Source: Desulfocapsa sulfexigens DSM 10523 (lineage in GTDB: Bacteria; Desulfobacterota; Desulfobulbia; Desulfobulbales; Desulfocapsaceae). From it: 32,000 nt of DNA. The first letter of the stretch is position 1. The number at the start of each line of letters is the position of its first letter. Where the stretch lies: the NCBI RefSeq assembly GCF_000341395.1, contig NC_020304.1, positions 600,001-632,000 on the forward strand. Reading direction: 5' to 3'. A program made the position numbers and the translations under genes. Shown one piece after another: positions 19,136-28,399 of the stretch. The notes under the pieces were generated by a model. That model saw nothing but the letters and a program-made list of their open reading frames with translations, had not been told where the DNA came from and ran no database searches.

Positions 19136-19153
19136 TAGCAGCTATCATGCCAG
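19136..19153 (-). promoter_or_regulatory. Sigma-54-type promoter, copy 1
   Basis: Minus strand CTGGCATGATAGCTGCTA: GG (19151/19150)-N10-GC (19139/19138), matching TGGCACG-N4-TTGC-like elements. Confidence 0.75.
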
Positions 19154-19242
19154 TTTCTGTCCTCTCTGTTTCATCTTTGCAATAAAGACGATAATACATT
19201 GATTCAACATGACATTTACTGGGATAATCACCAAAACTCCCC

Positions 19243-19273
19243 TGCGACACTTATGCGCCCTGGCAGTGTGGCA
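19243..19273 (-). promoter_or_regulatory. Upstream activator palindrome, copy 1
   Basis: TGCGACACT-N13-AGTGTGGCA (arms 8/9 complementary), 92 bp upstream of the -24 GG. Strictly conserved in copy 2. Confidence 0.7.
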
Positions 19274-19685
19274 AAACTCGGAACTGTAGTTTTAGGATGA
19301 GATTGTGTGGTTTGTGTCCTACGAATGTGTTGCAGGTCTTGCGGATAGGTGTCGCATTACGAAACAGGCAAGGAAACTGAGGAGATATTTAAACTGGGGG
19401 AAACTTCATTCTCTGTCAGGAAGTGGCACGATGGTGACAACTCATCCTGGGGCACCAGAATCTGTGGTGAACAGACATCTTAATTTCGGCCATGCGGATT
19501 GATTTTGTTCAGTGTTTACGATAAGCTTTTTTAAACAGAGTTTCCCTACGGAAAATCGGATCGGTGAAAAAAAGTACGGGTTGTATACGATGAAAAAAGT
19601 TGGGTTTTAAACTTTTCTTCACGCTAACCACGCTATGTCCTGACCATCTAAGCTTTTAGGAAGAAAAACCTTGAGGAGTATATAA

Positions 19686-20492
19686 ATGAAACGACTGTGT
19701 ATTACCAGAAAACTATTTTTACTTGCTTTCATCGTCTTTTTTTCGCCTCCTCCAGTCTCTGCAACAAATGCTGAACTCACCCTGGCCATTGCTGATTCCA
19801 CCTGCAGCACCATTAAGCAAGTAGGAAAAATTTTCAGCCGGCAAACCAACATTAAACTCAATTATATCTGCCAGTCTTCAGGATTACTTGTTAAAGGAAT
19901 TATAGAAGAGGCCATACTCCCTGATTACTTCCTCTCCGCCAACAAAAAATGGATGAACATCGTGGTAGAGGCTGGCTATGTTGATTCTGCCGCAGTAACA
20001 ACAAACTGGGGGAATCAACTGGTGGTGACTTCTTTTCCATCCAAAACGGGTGATTTACAATTGCAAGGCTTAGCTGACCTGCTCACTCCGTCGGTAGAAA
20101 AGGTGCTTATAGGAGACCCGGAAATCGCCCCTTACGGAGCGTACGCCAAACAGGCGCTGGTCAATGCCGATATGTGGGAAAAAATCCAGCCTAAGCTCAA
20201 AATTAGTCCCAAAATAAGCCTATCCATTAGATCACTGAAAAAATTAAGCCTGACAACACCCTGCATCGTCGCCTTCTTGTATAAAACAAATATCAGCGAC
20301 AAAATGCAGATACATTTTGCTGTTCCCCAAAACCTTTATCCTCGGATAAATTATTTTTCGGCACCACTCATAAGGTCTGTACAAAAAACAGAAATGGCAC
20401 TTTTTCTTGATTTCATCAGAGGAGATAAGGCCTCCTCTATTTTCGAATCCGCAGGTTTTGTTGTTAACTTGCCTGCTCAGAGTCATCACTAA
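19686..20492 (+). CDS. ModA-like periplasmic substrate-binding protein (orphan)
   Basis: Signal peptide, then ELTLAIADSTCSTIKQVGKIFSRQTNIKLNYICQSSGLLVKGIIEEAILPDYFLSANKKWMNIVVEAGYVD. SANKKWM...is shared with ModA at 12468..13235. Confidence 0.8.
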   Translation: MKRLCITRKLFLLAFIVFFSPPPVSATNAELTLAIADSTCSTIKQVGKIFSRQTNIKLNYICQSSGLLVKGIIEEAILPDYFLSANKKWMNIVVEAGYVDSAAVTTNWGNQLVVTSFPSKTGDLQLQGLADLLTPSVEKVLIGDPEIAPYGAYAKQALVNADMWEKIQPKLKISPKISLSIRSLKKLSLTTPCIVAFLYKTNISDKMQIHFAVPQNLYPRINYFSAPLIRSVQKTEMALFLDFIRGDKASSIFESAGFVVNLPAQSHH

Positions 20493-20501
20493 AAGGTCAC
20501 C

Positions 20502-23500
20502 ATGTCAGAAAAGAGTAAAAACAAAGAGGATCATTTTGCCTTCACCTTACGCAGGGGTTTAGGGAAAAATATTTTTGTCAGTTTCATGGTCCTTGCCCTT
20601 ATGCCACTTCTTGTGGCCAGCGTCCTGAGTTACCACAACGCCCACACCAGTCTACTCACCAAGGAAGTGAGGAATCTACAGACGGCCTTGTCGCTCCGAG
20701 GTCTTTATTTTGAGGCATATTTTCAGGAGCGCCTGGACGACCTGGCACTCCAGGCTGATCTCAGTGACAACATATTTCTCCTTCAGGATTTAAAAGAAAG
20801 CTATAACAAAAGTGGCCTCTCTCTCTCTCAGTTTGTTAAATCCTATAACCATACCAGAATTGTTACCGAACACTCTCAGGACCTTCAAGATTTCCAGGAG
20901 CGGGCTGGGTACTCGAATATTTACATGATAGACATTGCAGGTGATATCCTCTTTAGCATCACCGCAGAAGAAGATTTGGGCACTAACATTTTTCATGGCC
21001 CCTATCATGAGACAGAACTTGCCAAACTCTGCCGTCTCGCCATCGAAACAGGCCATTCTCTCGCCTCCGACCTAACGATCTATGGACCTTCCGGTACTGA
21101 GAAAACGCTGTTTACGGCTCAACTGATGGTGAATGATTATGGTGAAGAAATCGGCGTTCTGGTACTGCAAATCGAGTTAAAAAAAATAGACACGCTCATG
21201 GCAGATGTCAGTGGGCTTGGCAAAACCGGTCAGATTTTTGTAGTTGGCAACGATAGCACCCTGCGCAGCACCCTTCGCAGCGACAGGACAAAGCAGGTCC
21301 TGTCAACTGATGTAAACAACCCGCTGGTTACGAAATGGCTTCAGAGAGAGGTAATTCGCCACGGGGTTGGCCATGAGGAAGCGAGAAAACACCTTCTCCT
21401 TGGTGATTTCGAGGGTTCTATCTATAAGGGACAGAGCGGCAACAATGTTCTAGGCATTTCCGCAGATATGGATTCTCTAGGCCAATATGATATGCACTGG
21501 CTGATGATTGCTGAAGTAGACGAGGCTGAAGTTTTAGAGGCCGCCAGCAATTTGCAGCACATGCTCATTCTCGTTGTCTCTTTCACCACCCTTTTTATTG
21601 TATTCCTGGCCGCTTTTCTCGCCCGGCGAATGATCATGCCGCTAGTGAGTCTTAGCGCCTGGGCAAAACAGGTCTCTACAGGTGATCTCTCTATCCATGA
21701 GATGCACCCTCCGTCCAATGAAATTGGCACTCTTTACCAAGCACTTTCCGACATGGTTGGTGAACTGCGAGAAATGATCGATGTTAAAGACCGCGAGGAC
21801 TGGTTCAAAACCGGGGAAACCGGCCTTGATAAAGAGATGAGAGGAGAAGGAAACATTGCCACGCTTGGCGATAAAATTCTTAATTATCTCTGCCGCTATC
21901 TTGAGTTACCCGTCGGCGTGTTTTTTGCCTACGAAAATGAGACTTTAAAATTCACGGCAGGCTATGCTTACAAAAAACAGACAGAAGACGACGACATTGT
22001 CTTTGCCTTGGGTGAGGGCCTGATCGGTCAGGCGGCCCGTGACAAGAGAAAAATTTATCTCCGCGAAGGGGCGGCTGAGGAAGCCCACCTGAAAACCACA
22101 TCGGGCCTTGGTATTGTGAATCTCCGATCTTTATTGATCATCCCTCTGGTGCGCGATGACAACATTCTTGGGGTACTTGAATTTGGCTCCAATCGGATTC
22201 TTACAGAAGAGGAAATAAACTTCCTCGAACATGTTTCCGAATCAACAGCAATCGCATTCCAGAGCTCTAATTCCAGGCAACAACTGCAGGTACTCCTCAA
22301 ACAAACCCAGGAGCAGACTGAGCAGCTTCAGACACAACAGCAAATCCTTGAGGAAAGGAATAAAAAAATTGAGCTGAGCAGCAAGTACAAATCGGAATTT
22401 CTGGCTAACATGAGTCATGAACTGCGAACTCCGCTCAACTCCATCCTTCTTCTTTCCAGCCTCATGGCTGACAACAAGCACAACGCCCTTTCAAAAGATG
22501 ATGTTGAGTCTGTTAAAATTATCAACAAGGCAGGTAACGATCTTCTCAATCTGATTAATGAAGTTCTTGATCTGGCTAAAGTCGAATCAGGCCACATGAC
22601 GATCGAGATTGACGATGTACAAATTGTTGAGCTCGCCCAGCACATGAAACATCTTTTCTATCCGGTTTGTGAAGACAAGGCGATTGATTTCAAGGTGACC
22701 TTAGATGAGAATATGCCAGACACCTTCAGAACCGATCAATCAAGGCTGGAGCAGATACTGAAAAACTTTTTGTCAAACAGCTGTAAATTCACAAAAAATG
22801 GCAAAGTATCACTGCATATCGGGAGAGTGGCCACACTTCATCCCGATTTAGCCAGCTCTACACCTGAAGAATTTATGTCACCAGAGAATCTGGCATTTAC
22901 CGTCACTGATAGTGGGATTGGTATTGCCAAAGAAAAGCAGGATCTTATTTTTGAATCCTTTCAGCAGGCAGATGGCAGTACCTGTCGTCAGTATGGTGGC
23001 ACTGGCCTGGGCTTGTCGATAAGCCTTGAAATGGCCAAGCTTCTGGGAGGATGTATTGTCATGACCAGCGAACCTGGTCAGGGATCTCAATTTTCCCTCA
23101 TTGTCCCTACAGAGCAGAACAATGAGGACAATGATTCCCATGGACGAATAACAGCAATACCAAGCAATCAAAGAACTACTTTACCTGTAACAGAGAAGGT
23201 GGTTACCCAAAAAAGTGCTGACAATGTTGCCGATGACAGAAAAAATATCCTGAACGATGATCTGGTTTTGTTAATTATTGATGATGATCCTGATTTTGCA
23301 ACGATTGTCCGTGACGTAGCCAGGAAACAGCAATTTAAGGTTTTGGTGGCTGAAAGCGGTGAGATTGGCCTGCAGCTCATCGAGTTATACAATATAACTG
23401 CTATTACTCTGGATATCGGTCTCCCGGGTATGAGCGGCTGGACCGTTCTCAGTCGGCTTAAAGAAGACAGCTCCACACGCCATATTCCTGTTCACGTTAT

Positions 23501-24452
23501 TTCTGCTTCAGATCACGATAATGAGGCCTTAAAAATGGGAGCCTTGAATTTTGTTACTAAACCGATAGATGCTGAAGTACTTATTGACGCATTAGTTCAG
23601 TTGCGTGACATGGCCTCTGCCCGAGGGAAAAAGGTTCTTCTGGTTGAAGATGACAACACCCTGTCACAGGTGTTGAAAAATTTCATCATGGCTGATGATA
23701 TTGAATTCCTTCGGGCATCGACCGGAGCACAAGCTCTTACCATTTTACGAGAAAGTACACCTGATTGCGTCATTCTGGATCTCGGTTTACCGGATATGGG
23801 TGGTGAAGAGTTGTTGCGGATAATTAACGACGTGGAGGAACTGCAGAAAATCCCGATAATTGTCTATACAGGGCAAGACCTGACATCACAGCAGAAGGCC
23901 TTGCTCGACCAATACAGTCGGACAACAATCTTGAAAGGTCCGTTGTCCCATGAACGCTTGTTGGCAGAGATAACCCTTTTTATGCATCGGGCTGAAAAAG
24001 ACCTACCTCCTCAGCAGCAGGAGATAGTGCAGCGCTTTTATAATAAAGAACATGTTTTTAAAGGTAGAAAAATTCTCCTGGTTGACGACGATATGCGCAA
24101 TGTTTTTTCTCTGCGCAAAATACTTTCGGACAAGGACTTAGATGTTGTTGTCGGTAAGAATGGCATGGAAGCCTTGGAGCAGTTAAAAAAGAATGATGAT
24201 ATTGATTTGGTACTCATGGATATCATGATGCCTGTTATGGACGGTTTCGAGGCCATGGCCAAAATACGCAAAGAGAAAAAGTTCAAAAATTTACCAATTA
24301 TTGCCATTACGGCCAAAGCCATGAAGGGAGATCGCAAAAAATGTATTGATGGCGGCGCCAATGACTATCTGGCAAAACCCATTGATACGGAAAGATTATT
24401 TGCCATGCTGAGGGTCTGGCTCCACGACCGGGAAAGCAATACAAACATATAA
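20502..24452 (+). CDS. Hybrid sensor histidine kinase: periplasmic sensor (Cache-like) - HAMP - GAF - HisKA/HATPase - three receivers
   Basis: 1316 aa. TM regions; HAMP; GAF; EFLANMSHELRTPLNSILLLSS; GTGLGLSISLEMAKLLGG; receivers LLIIDDDPDF..LDIGLPG, LLVEDDNTL..LDLGLPD, LLVDDDMRN..MDIMMPVMDG. Confidence 0.95.
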   Translation: MSEKSKNKEDHFAFTLRRGLGKNIFVSFMVLALMPLLVASVLSYHNAHTSLLTKEVRNLQTALSLRGLYFEAYFQERLDDLALQADLSDNIFLLQDLKESYNKSGLSLSQFVKSYNHTRIVTEHSQDLQDFQERAGYSNIYMIDIAGDILFSITAEEDLGTNIFHGPYHETELAKLCRLAIETGHSLASDLTIYGPSGTEKTLFTAQLMVNDYGEEIGVLVLQIELKKIDTLMADVSGLGKTGQIFVVGNDSTLRSTLRSDRTKQVLSTDVNNPLVTKWLQREVIRHGVGHEEARKHLLLGDFEGSIYKGQSGNNVLGISADMDSLGQYDMHWLMIAEVDEAEVLEAASNLQHMLILVVSFTTLFIVFLAAFLARRMIMPLVSLSAWAKQVSTGDLSIHEMHPPSNEIGTLYQALSDMVGELREMIDVKDREDWFKTGETGLDKEMRGEGNIATLGDKILNYLCRYLELPVGVFFAYENETLKFTAGYAYKKQTEDDDIVFALGEGLIGQAARDKRKIYLREGAAEEAHLKTTSGLGIVNLRSLLIIPLVRDDNILGVLEFGSNRILTEEEINFLEHVSESTAIAFQSSNSRQQLQVLLKQTQEQTEQLQTQQQILEERNKKIELSSKYKSEFLANMSHELRTPLNSILLLSSLMADNKHNALSKDDVESVKIINKAGNDLLNLINEVLDLAKVESGHMTIEIDDVQIVELAQHMKHLFYPVCEDKAIDFKVTLDENMPDTFRTDQSRLEQILKNFLSNSCKFTKNGKVSLHIGRVATLHPDLASSTPEEFMSPENLAFTVTDSGIGIAKEKQDLIFESFQQADGSTCRQYGGTGLGLSISLEMAKLLGGCIVMTSEPGQGSQFSLIVPTEQNNEDNDSHGRITAIPSNQRTTLPVTEKVVTQKSADNVADDRKNILNDDLVLLIIDDDPDFATIVRDVARKQQFKVLVAESGEIGLQLIELYNITAITLDIGLPGMSGWTVLSRLKEDSSTRHIPVHVISASDHDNEALKMGALNFVTKPIDAEVLIDALVQLRDMASARGKKVLLVEDDNTLSQVLKNFIMADDIEFLRASTGAQALTILRESTPDCVILDLGLPDMGGEELLRIINDVEELQKIPIIVYTGQDLTSQQKALLDQYSRTTILKGPLSHERLLAEITLFMHRAEKDLPPQQQEIVQRFYNKEHVFKGRKILLVDDDMRNVFSLRKILSDKDLDVVVGKNGMEALEQLKKNDDIDLVLMDIMMPVMDGFEAMAKIRKEKKFKNLPIIAITAKAMKGDRKKCIDGGANDYLAKPIDTERLFAMLRVWLHDRESNTNI

Positions 24453-24515
24453 AATAGACGAACCAGGCAGAGCAGACCCACTGCATCTGTACTGATTTAT
24501 TACTGAGACTGCTAA

Positions 24516-25493
24516 ATGAATACACCTGAAATTCTTGTTGTAGATGATAGAGCGGAAAATCTTCTGGCCATGAAGCGGCTTTTCGAGGATTTTGATGCCG
24601 AAATATATGCCGTCTCATCAGGAAATGATGCTTTATCACTCGTTCTTGATCATGACTTTGCCCTCATTTTATTGGATGTCCAGATGCCAGACATGGATGG
24701 CTTCGAAACAGCGGAAATGATCCGTTTATCCGACGACAAAGCACATATCCCTATCATTTTTGTGACGGCTATCAGCAAAGAACAACAACATGTGTTCAAG
24801 GGATATGAAAGTGGGGCAGTTGATTATATTTTCAAGCCTGTGGACGGGAAAATTCTCCTCAGCAAAGCTGCCTTTTTCCTTACTCTTTACAGGCAAAAAC
24901 AGGAATTACAACAGCTGATAGAAGAATTAAACCAGTCTAAAGAACTCATCAAAAAACAAAATGAAGCATTAAGCCATCTGGCATTGCATGACGACCTTAC
25001 CGGTTTATACAATCGCAGGCATTTTAACACCATGCTGAAACAGGAATTTTACCGTAGTGAGCGTTATGGTAGCGACCTCGCCATTCTGATGCTCGACCTT
25101 GACCATTTCAAGAAGGTCAATGACACTAAAGGGCATGATTTCGGTGATTTTGTCCTTAAAGAGTTTGCACGAAGAATGAAAGAAACAAGTCGGCCCACAG
25201 ACCTGGTTTTTCGTTTCGGGGGCGAGGAATTTATCATTCTCCTGCCTCAGACCGACCTGGCAGGAGGCATACAGGTTGGAGAAAAAATTCGCAAAAGCTG
25301 TGAAAAAGAAATGTATAGCAAGGGGCCACTAGAACTTTCGGTGACCACAAGTATTGGGGCAGCAGCAATCCATAGCAATAAGCCGCAAAAAACTGGTGAC
25401 TTGATTCAAATGGTCGATATGGCATTATATCAGGCAAAAGATGGTGGTCGGAACAGGGTTGTCGGTTATAGAGGGGCAAAAACAAGTATATAG
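24516..25493 (+). CDS. Response regulator with REC-GGDEF (diguanylate cyclase)
   Basis: ILVVDDRAENLLAMKRLF...LLDVQMPDMDGFETA...HDDLTGLYNRRHFN...FRFGGEEFIILLP. Confidence 0.96.
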   Translation: MNTPEILVVDDRAENLLAMKRLFEDFDAEIYAVSSGNDALSLVLDHDFALILLDVQMPDMDGFETAEMIRLSDDKAHIPIIFVTAISKEQQHVFKGYESGAVDYIFKPVDGKILLSKAAFFLTLYRQKQELQQLIEELNQSKELIKKQNEALSHLALHDDLTGLYNRRHFNTMLKQEFYRSERYGSDLAILMLDLDHFKKVNDTKGHDFGDFVLKEFARRMKETSRPTDLVFRFGGEEFIILLPQTDLAGGIQVGEKIRKSCEKEMYSKGPLELSVTTSIGAAAIHSNKPQKTGDLIQMVDMALYQAKDGGRNRVVGYRGAKTSI

Positions 25494-25598
25494 ATGGAAA
25501 CAGGATTATTCAGTGCGAATCAACGGTTGTGAAGAAAATTCTTACAGTACCACACGTAAGATTAGTCATTTATTAAAAGCAAAGGACACTCGACAGTG

Positions 25599-25968
25599 AT
25601 GTACAATACAAAATATCTACTATTGACAACCTGTTTTTTTCTCCTTTTTGTGCCATTATCCACATTCGGAAAATGTATTGAGGGGGACATTTGTCACGCC
25701 CCAAGGAAGTAAATACGTTGGAGACTGGGAAAACGGCAAGAAAAACGGAGATGGCACCCTGACATCTCCAGATGGCTATCGGTATGTCGGCACCTTCAGC
25801 AATGACCGACCAGATGGGTTGGGGATATTGACTTTTGCTGATGGTAGAAAGTATCAGGGTGAGTTCAGGGATGACAAGCCACACGGCCAAGGCATTTTAA
25901 CCCTGCAGAACGGAGCCAGGCAAGAAGGTACATTCAGAGACGGTATATACGTAAATGGCCAGAACTGA
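25599..25968 (+). CDS. Secreted MORN-repeat protein, apparent frameshift near the G5 run just after the signal peptide
   Basis: ATG at 25599 gives MYNTKYLLLTTCFFLLFVPLSTFGKCIEG (signal peptide). The +1 frame continues GTFVTPQGSKYVGDWENGKKNGDGTLTSPDGYRYVGTFSNDRPDGLGILTFADGRKYQGEFRDDKPHGQG. Confidence 0.75.
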
Positions 25969-25998
25969 AGAACAACCAATCAGAAAGCTTACCACAAG

Positions 25999-26535
25999 TT
26001 AGTCAATCTGCAATTCTGAATCTTTGCAACCGCCACCACAGCGACACAAAAGAGGAGGTGGTTTGTGATTGCTGGAAAAGCCAAGAATACGTTCCAAAAC
26101 TCGAACCATCACCATAAAGTTGGACTCTGACAGACTACAGTCCGCATGAAGATGATAGAGTCGAGTTTCCTGGATTATGATAAAATCCCAACCATAGGTA
26201 AGCCCTATGTCTGGGTCTGCCTTATTGGAGACCTGTACAAAAGAATCGATAGTTGCTTTCTTGCTCCTATAGGTGCTTATGTCGAGAATCATCTTCAGAT
26301 GCACACCACCCTTGCCTGTATCCCCCTGACTCTCGAAAAAAATACGACGGTTTGCGCCCTCTTTTTGCTCAATACTGAAACTCCACGGTAATTCTGATAT
26401 CAACTCACCACATGAGGATTCAGTGCCGGGAATAACACAGGAAGCATTGGCAAATACAGAAAAGAGTAAAAAGAAGACTGACAAAAACAACAGCTTAAAG
26501 AAACGTTTTGAGAGGGGAAATCTCGCGGAGGTCAC
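25999..26535 (-). CDS. Hypothetical secreted protein with cysteine-rich C-terminus
   Basis: 178 aa; signal peptide FFKLLFLSVFFLLFSVFANA; C-terminal LLCRCGGGCKD. Confidence 0.7.
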   Translation of the reverse strand: MTSARFPLSKRFFKLLFLSVFFLLFSVFANASCVIPGTESSCGELISELPWSFSIEQKEGANRRIFFESQGDTGKGGVHLKMILDISTYRSKKATIDSFVQVSNKADPDIGLTYGWDFIIIQETRLYHLHADCSLSESNFMVMVRVLERILGFSSNHKPPPLLCRCGGGCKDSELQID

Positions 26536-26754
26536 ATTGTCACCTGAATACAGGTTGCTGGTTTTTATGAAAGCTGATAGAAATTGAGTACCTTAGAAAT
26601 TCATTTCCTGTTGTTTCTAAATGAATTCCAACAGTGTACTTGTTCTACTAATCTCTTGGGAATATCAGTAACACAATTTTACCGAATAGTACCCAAAAAT
26701 AGAAAATGCATATGATACAAAACGGTCACAGACACCCTTTAAGTAGAAGAACAC

Positions 26755-27300
26755 TTGAATTTCAAAGAGAAGAAAATGATTAAAATTCTGATGTTCGCAA
26801 TATCTCTTTTACTACTGAGCACTACTCTTTCCATGGCAGACAATGAATTCTTTCTAAAAATAGATATGACCTACAGCGAAACCAGCAAAGATTCAAACTC
26901 CCAAAGATACCTGATAGAGATGAAAGACAAAAATCTTAACTACGAATACAGCTACAGCGGGTTTCCGTTCCCTGAAAATAGCAATGAATCAGTAGCTCGC
27001 ACATTGAGCTCAGAAGAGTTGGATGGGATCATTACATATATAAAAAATAAAAAAATTAATACCTCCATAGTAGAGAACAAACCTCAAACTGCCAATGGCT
27101 CAACAAACAGGATACACCTTTCTTTATTGTTAACATTAGATGGGCAAACCGTTGAATCTGAAATTTCCGGTATTCTCAACATATCCAGAGCAGATGGAAA
27201 GACAAGTAGTGTAACTCTAGAAAACAAATCATATATTAAGAATGTTCATTTTTTAGTACAACGCCTAAAAGCCAGTAGCTCTGAAAAAATTAGAAATTAA
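26755..27300 (+). CDS. Hypothetical exported protein
   Basis: 181 aa with signal peptide MIKILMFAISLLLLSTTLSMA. The internal Met at 26776 is a likelier start. Confidence 0.75.
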   Translation: MNFKEKKMIKILMFAISLLLLSTTLSMADNEFFLKIDMTYSETSKDSNSQRYLIEMKDKNLNYEYSYSGFPFPENSNESVARTLSSEELDGIITYIKNKKINTSIVENKPQTANGSTNRIHLSLLLTLDGQTVESEISGILNISRADGKTSSVTLENKSYIKNVHFLVQRLKASSSEKIRN

Positions 27301-27878
27301 TGATGCACTCAATTACAAAAATATCAGCAATCTCTTTTATAATAGTTTGTCTGATATTTTTTGTTAGCGGCTGTCAAAAGGGCAATGTTGACAGGCCAGA
27401 GAACGTTCAACCCTTTGTCCCCCTTCGTGTCGAATTTAGCGGACTCACGAAAGACATATCAGTTGAAAGAGAGCTTGAAAAACTATTGTTCTGCCGAAAC
27501 TGCCTGTTTCTTCGCGCAGCAACCACTCCTTCTCTCTACACGTTAAAAATCGAATATAATCGCATCATTGATCTTAAAAGTTTAGGATTTTTTCTTTTGA
27601 GTGCTGCTCTGGCCCCCATAAAAGCTGACTTTCATTACAGCCTTCGGGTACAGGTGGTCAAAGATGATCTTGTCCTCAAAGAGTACCTATATGCAACACA
27701 AAATCAGGAATATACTGATTCTGCCTTTGAGAGCATGTTCAACCCCTTTCATGATGCAAACGGCAGGTCTGAAGAGATATTTACTACATTAGCGAAGAGC
27801 TTTCTCCATGACATCCTGGCTGATAAACCTTTACCGCAGATTAGTCCTCAAGATGAGAAGCACTCTTTGAAATACTGA
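27300..27878 (+). CDS. Putative lipoprotein
   Basis: MMHSITKISAISFIIVCLIFFVSGC lipobox; start overlaps the previous stop (TAATG). Confidence 0.78.
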   Translation: MMHSITKISAISFIIVCLIFFVSGCQKGNVDRPENVQPFVPLRVEFSGLTKDISVERELEKLLFCRNCLFLRAATTPSLYTLKIEYNRIIDLKSLGFFLLSAALAPIKADFHYSLRVQVVKDDLVLKEYLYATQNQEYTDSAFESMFNPFHDANGRSEEIFTTLAKSFLHDILADKPLPQISPQDEKHSLKY

Positions 27879-28016
27879 AAACTAATGGAATACTGAATGC
27901 TTCCCTTAAGTGTTTTTTTTTGATATTACATTCCAACCTCAGGGCCTCGGATCCTTGCGACTTACTACATGCCTTGTCCGGGATTTCTACATAAAACTGG
28001 AGTTATAGGGTTGAGC

Positions 28017-28241
28017 ATGGCACCACTCTACAAAAGTATCGGAAGGTGGTTCCTGGCCGGGTGCAGAATCTTTGTTGGAGTACTGGTTGCCAAAACCGGT
28101 ATAGGACTGCTGCAGGGACTGCCTTTCCGTGGCTACAACAGGCAGGATGACTTATTTATCGGCGGCTTTGTCCTTTTACTCGGAGCCTATATTATTTTCT
28201 CCACCTTCTTTTCCCTCTTTTTTCCTGACAAGAAGATATGA
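28017..28241 (+). CDS. Small predicted membrane protein
   Basis: MAPLYKSIGRWFLAGCRIFVGVLVAKTGIGLLQGL...LFIGGFVLLLGAYIIFSTFFSLFFPDKKI. The ORF track starts at 27969; GGAG lies upstream of 28017. Confidence 0.6.
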   Translation: MAPLYKSIGRWFLAGCRIFVGVLVAKTGIGLLQGLPFRGYNRQDDLFIGGFVLLLGAYIIFSTFFSLFFPDKKI

Positions 28242-28324
28242 TGCAGCATTCTGCGGACAGCTATACCAGCTCATCATCGTCAAATGAAATCGAATGGGAT
28301 AACACCTGTCAATGGGATCGCAAT

Positions 28325-28366
28325 ACAAAAAACCTCCAGGCTAACGATGAGATACCCTGAAGGTTC
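28325..28366 (-). terminator. Rho-independent terminator of small-membrane cassette copy 2
   Basis: Minus strand AACCTTCAGG...CCTGGAGGTT followed by TTTTTT, related to the terminator of copy 1. Confidence 0.75.
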
Positions 28367-28399
28367 ATATGGGGATATTCCCCTATTAATTTTTTCTTT

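Noticed and set aside
19305-19502. Plus-strand 65-aa ORF between cassette copy 1 and the ModA-like gene
   Set aside because: Overlaps the conserved non-coding upstream block; the corresponding region of copy 2 does not preserve the reading frame.
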